Assembly: GCA_013288905.1 (NCBI GenBank) | Contig: JABDAW010000001.1 | Location: forward strand, 7,723 to 71,722 | DNA length: 64,000 bases | Reading direction: 5' to 3' | Origin: Bacteroidota bacterium | GTDB taxonomy: Bacteria; Bacteroidota; Bacteroidia; AKYH767-A; JABDAW01 | Part shown: piece by piece, positions 62,401-64,000 of the stretch | Numbering within the stretch: the stretch's first letter is position 1 | Layout of the letters: every line of letters starts with the position of its first letter | Made by a program: the position numbers and the translations under genes | Notes under the pieces: model-generated | What the model was told of the DNA's origin: nothing | The model's input: only the letters and a program-made list of their open reading frames with translations | The model's database searches: none

Positions 62401-64000
62401 GCATGGAATACAGAAATATTAAATGTTGCAGAACCCGAACAGCCAGAAGAATTAGTAACAATAACCCTAAAAGAAGTATCAGAAGATACAAAAGGATTTA
62501 TAGTCTGTGAAGAGGCTCCTGTATTCCATGAATAGGATGAATATCCAGCACCAGCATTAAGCATTACAATTCCTGAACCACATACAGATGTGGGGATTTG
62601 AGTGATTAAAGGATTTGGTGAAGGATTTACTGTTACAGTGAAACAGGCAGTTCCTGTACAACTGTTTCCTGTCGAAACTGTCACACAATAAGTCCCGCTT
62701 GCATTCACATTTATGGAATTAGTTGTCGCTCCGGTATTCCAAATATAACTCAAATAATTCCCAACACTCAATACTGTACTATCACCCTGGCATATATCAG
62801 ACTGACCGATAATAGATGGATTTGGAGCAGCAGTTCCAGTAATTGTTACGCTATCAATCCATGAACATTGACTGCCATCAGTGATGGTAATATAATAGGT
62901 TCCGGCTGTCAGACCAGAGATAGAATTTGTGGTAGCACCTGTTGACCATTCAAAGGAGTATGGTCCGTTGCCACTCGGGCTTGCAGTGGCTGTACCATTA
63001 TTAAAATTCGGGCAACCGGCATTGGTAAATGTGAGATTTGAAACACCAACTCCTATACTAAAATTTAAAACGGTTGAGCACCCATGAGCATCGGTAATCG
63101 TTACTGAATAATTGCCTGCATTCAGATTATTTATTGAGGTAACATTCGTGGCTCCGGTTGACCAATTAATGGTATAGGGGGGAGATCCACTTGTTATATT
63201 TATAGAAGCATTTCCAAGTTGCGAAGTATCACAGGAAGTATTGATAGCAGCCAGATTAACCTGCAATGCAGAAGGCATACACCCAAGACAAGTAGTTTGA
63301 TAATACACGCCTTCTGCTATAATCATGAAACAATCATTCGTTGATGAGGCACCCATTTCAGAAGTGGTTTGCCCGGTGAGATATATCGTGGAATAATCAT
63401 CATCTTCCCAAAAATCCTGCGGAGAAACGAGCGTTGTTCCATTTATAATAATCGAGTCACCAGTAAGATTATCCTGCAAATCCGAAGCTATGACAAACCC
63501 TCTTTCATTAACAGGATTTCCGCAGACGGTAAAGTTAGTAACATTGCCCAAAGCCGCACCACCATCAACAGTATTAGCTCCATCATCAATAACTAATGTT
63601 CCTTCATAACTCGCCGAAGCATCCTGATAAATCACCAATAAAGTAAAGCCATCAACTTCGCGACTTGGGTTGGCAACACCCAAAACATTCATCATATTAT
63701 AATAACCATTAGCAATAATATAAGGAGTTACATCCACCCGAAAAGCATATGAACCGACTTCGCCCCAGCATTTATTTCCACCAACACCGATATAACTTCC
63801 GGCAACGGAATCCACCGTGCCTAAAGGGTTTCGAAAGATAACGGTTTGATTGGGAAGGGTGCCTGAATAATAAGATTCTGACCAATAGAGAAAAGCCTTT
63901 ACAATAGTATTGCAACCGCCCACTACATTATTAATTAACAAAGAATCCGGAAACCCATTCCCTAAATGATAGCTGTAAACAGTTTGGTAATTATCGCGTG
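56436..64000 (-). CDS. Giant T9SS-sorted adhesin (more than 2520 codons; the 5' end lies beyond the right edge). It has an N-terminal lectin-like region, at least 25 Ig-like CxGDS...NGC modules, two HYR-like domains, an FN3-like domain and a type-A T9SS CTD.
   Basis: The frame stays open from 63941 to 64000 (...RDNYQTVYSYHLGNGFPDSL|LINNVV), so the track TTG start is an artefact. The recurring module is GPTTFCxGDSVxLDAGxxxSYxWNTGxTTxxIxVxxSGxYxVTVTDxNGCTG. HYR-like segments at ~59735-60215 (PIGTTTLTWTVTDSQGNTASCLQTVTVNDTEPPTIICP). The C-terminus is FEVYPNPAYDHVIVTF...LTPIAKGVYFMVLEKGEMILQTKLVIE. Confidence 0.85.
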   Translation of the reverse strand, partial: RDNYQTVYSYHLGNGFPDSLLINNVVGGCNTIVKAFLYWSESYYSGTLPNQTVIFRNPLGTVDSVAGSYIGVGGNKCWGEVGSYAFRVDVTPYIIANGYYNMMNVLGVANPSREVDGFTLLVIYQDASASYEGTLVIDDGANTVDGGAALGNVTNFTVCGNPVNERGFVIASDLQDNLTGDSIIINGTTLVSPQDFWEDDDYSTIYLTGQTTSEMGASSTNDCFMIIAEGVYYQTTCLGCMPSALQVNLAAINTSCDTSQLGNASINITSGSPPYTINWSTGATNVTSINNLNAGNYSVTITDAHGCSTVLNFSIGVGVSNLTFTNAGCPNFNNGTATASPSGNGPYSFEWSTGATTNSISGLTAGTYYITITDGSQCSWIDSVTITGTAAPNPSIIGQSDICQGDSTVLSVGNYLSYIWNTGATTNSINVNASGTYCVTVSTGNSCTGTACFTVTVNPSPNPLITQIPTSVCGSGIVMLNAGAGYSSYSWNTGASSQTINPFVSSDTSFRVIVTNSSGCSGSATFNISVFHAIDLPVIIHGTTTICPGDTVDLLVRNSVTGGGYASYLWTNGGTDQMDTAVIPTSSPYCVTVTDSNGCTAVTCINITILPPPSITLTHNGPQNLCGSGPITLNAGAWSSYLWNTGATTDSINVSTVGMYCVTITDSSGCTGSACINVTTQMLTSPNISANGPTTFCEGDSISLDAGQYNSFVWSTGSTAETITVSASGTYCVTASGGANGCTGTACINITVNPNPVPMILSSFGNNFCGHGTAFLNTSSPYSSYLWNNGSTNSFINENDTTTTTYTVTVTDNNGCTGTTSLIITVYPATPAPIINSNATAVCNGDSATLIVTGGNYSSFLWNNGATTDTLIVTTGGYYYVTVTGNDGCTAMNNIYIYPTPTVFFFNANSSDLCSDSSRILTANPSEQASSYLWSTGETTQSITIYHTGIYTVTITGQNSGCTASASIDITTISLVIIPSGPTTFCQGSYVNLSPGANYYSWVWSDGSTNNSLDAFTTGTYCVTVTDFSGCNATACIDVTVNPNPTPTITGASTICNGDSISLNAGSYSTYNWSTNDTAETISITNAGNYSVTVTDTNGCTGMASIHINSSMNPTLTITPSGPTTVCNGDSVNLDAGNYDFNTNTYYTSYTWTNGTTSEVISATTGGIYCVTVSNIYGCTSSSCITITNGIISCSITPNGPTIFCEGDSVILDAGTWSHYNWSSGATTETITVTSSGSYCVIVSDNNDCTCVACIDIQVTGAPISITCGNTINVSNDTDSCNAFICIELPAITGCGNLTISESANNNVILNYSNGQECGTYPIGTTTLTWTVTDSQGNTASCLQTVTVNDTEPPTIICPRDYANCTKHPDIGTPQTHDNCGIDTVYNNAPVHFGYGTTVVTWTTIDIHGNISTCAQNVTISDSVNPLITPNGPVNFCFGDSVTLDAGVWRNYRWNTGDTTETITVTASGIYCVTVNSFYGCTGSACITVNVTNNLACSITPNNSTTFCSGDSVALDAGLWSSYLWNNGSTVETLTASSTGTYCVTIMDVNGCSCSSCINVTANNNPTCSITPDGPTTFNQGGSVTLDAGMWAGYLWNTGQSTETINADTSGTYCVTITDSNGCTCVACIVITVISNNCTITPNGSTTICQGDSVLLTASTASNYLWNTGSTDETITVSTSGTYCITVTYSNNSTCTACIDITVNPNPIPIITASGPTTFCQGDSVLLDAGIWSSYLWNIGSVSETIIVTLSGSYSITVTDANGCTGVAIQDVNVYPAFTDSIIPSGQTTFCQGDSVSLDAGSYTSYSWATGETTETITAFTTGTYRVTVTNANACTAMDTINITMIPFQNTAITSSGPLQFCSGDSVTLTEGSYTSYEWNTGDTGQSITTDTSGTYIVTVTSASGCSGTDQLTVTVYSLPIPTIIPNGPTAFCNGDTVNLTVSPSFASYLWNTATSAQTIPVSSSGNYTVTVTNTNGCTGTASLIVTVYNHPTPVITTIGSTNFCQGGFIILNAGSWTSYSWSDGATTQTIAVTASGNYCATVTDSNGCTGSACITVIAYSSPVPVIIPNGPTTFCPDDSVILNVGSWSSYTWNNSATTAAITVHATGDYCVTVTDSNGCTAVACQQVNVITVVPVNITEFCHGDLIRLVAGSFATYLWNTGATTDTIYATTSGSYSVFITTGTGCTGTDTASITVYPHMNPPVITGPTSVCDGDTITLCTQTYTSYNWSTGATASCITATTTNTYYVTVSNGGICNYVTHQSLSFLPNPVPAILQTGSFCNNGFTTIKTGATFASYNWSNGATTQATNVNTAGTYSVTVTSINGCTGTASVTLTNVCDIPSNLFTNNIGSSYGMANWTQPTCHYNYTIRISLHNLNTWTTHIIAANTHYTFSSLTSSTTYDWQIRNNCDSSQSNVSSFSATQVFTTLAHRDDSDNGISSFEVYPNPAYDHVIVTFNSENDDNFKIRLMDITGRIILNNDFQATKGENQTELNLTPIAKGVYFMVLEKGEMILQTKLVIE

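Noticed and set aside
1-64000. Scan for tRNA, rRNA, tmRNA, transposase, integrase or IS terminal repeats.
   Set aside because: By eye I found no cloverleaf-type T-arm motifs (GGTTCGAATCC-like). I also found no rRNA-like conserved blocks and no DDE, tyrosine-recombinase or serine-recombinase ORFs. A dedicated tool (tRNAscan-SE, Infernal, ISEScan) should confirm this.

Overview
AT-rich chromosomal segment that looks like Bacteroidota. The evidence is T9SS C-terminal sorting domains, SprB-type repeats, and TAnnTTTG -7 promoter boxes upstream of many genes. Both ends of the window lie inside giant minus-strand adhesin genes that run off the edges (1-4838 and 56436-64000). Between them are housekeeping and metabolic genes: an orphan RND pump, holA, an EVE-domain gene, a SET-domain gene, a paaG/3-hydroxyacyl-CoA dehydrogenase/paaI trio, gpsA, an M28 peptidase, a radical-SAM/SPASM + WD40 pair, GH16, an MFS transporter, lutA, two VOC genes and a TlpA-like gene. 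There are two accessory patches. (i) 19.0-21.9 kb holds a truncated kelch-type gene stub, a translationally coupled three-gene operon of unknown function, and a PIN toxin-antitoxin cassette bracketed by ~94-bp direct repeats, with an in-frame stop in the toxin. (ii) 46.9-51.3 kb is a likely defence island. It holds a VapBC-like pair, four tightly packed genes ending in a 4-TM protein plus a DUF4868-like protein (Kiwa KwaA/KwaB architecture), and a 2-TM protein with a DUF5919/PLD-like C-terminal domain. The most unusual signal is non-coding. Nearly every long intergenic gap carries a tandem array with a strict 21-bp register (also 7, 42 and 84 bp). Unit sequences differ between loci, and some arrays share cores. 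REP-like GGAACGCAGAT hairpins, TTGGCTAAAGCCAA palindromes and a 193-bp tandem duplication of an unannotated 49-codon ORF with a 40-bp inverted repeat are also present. I found no rRNA, tRNA, CRISPR, transposase or integrase. All protein-family calls come from reading motifs by eye, without database searches.
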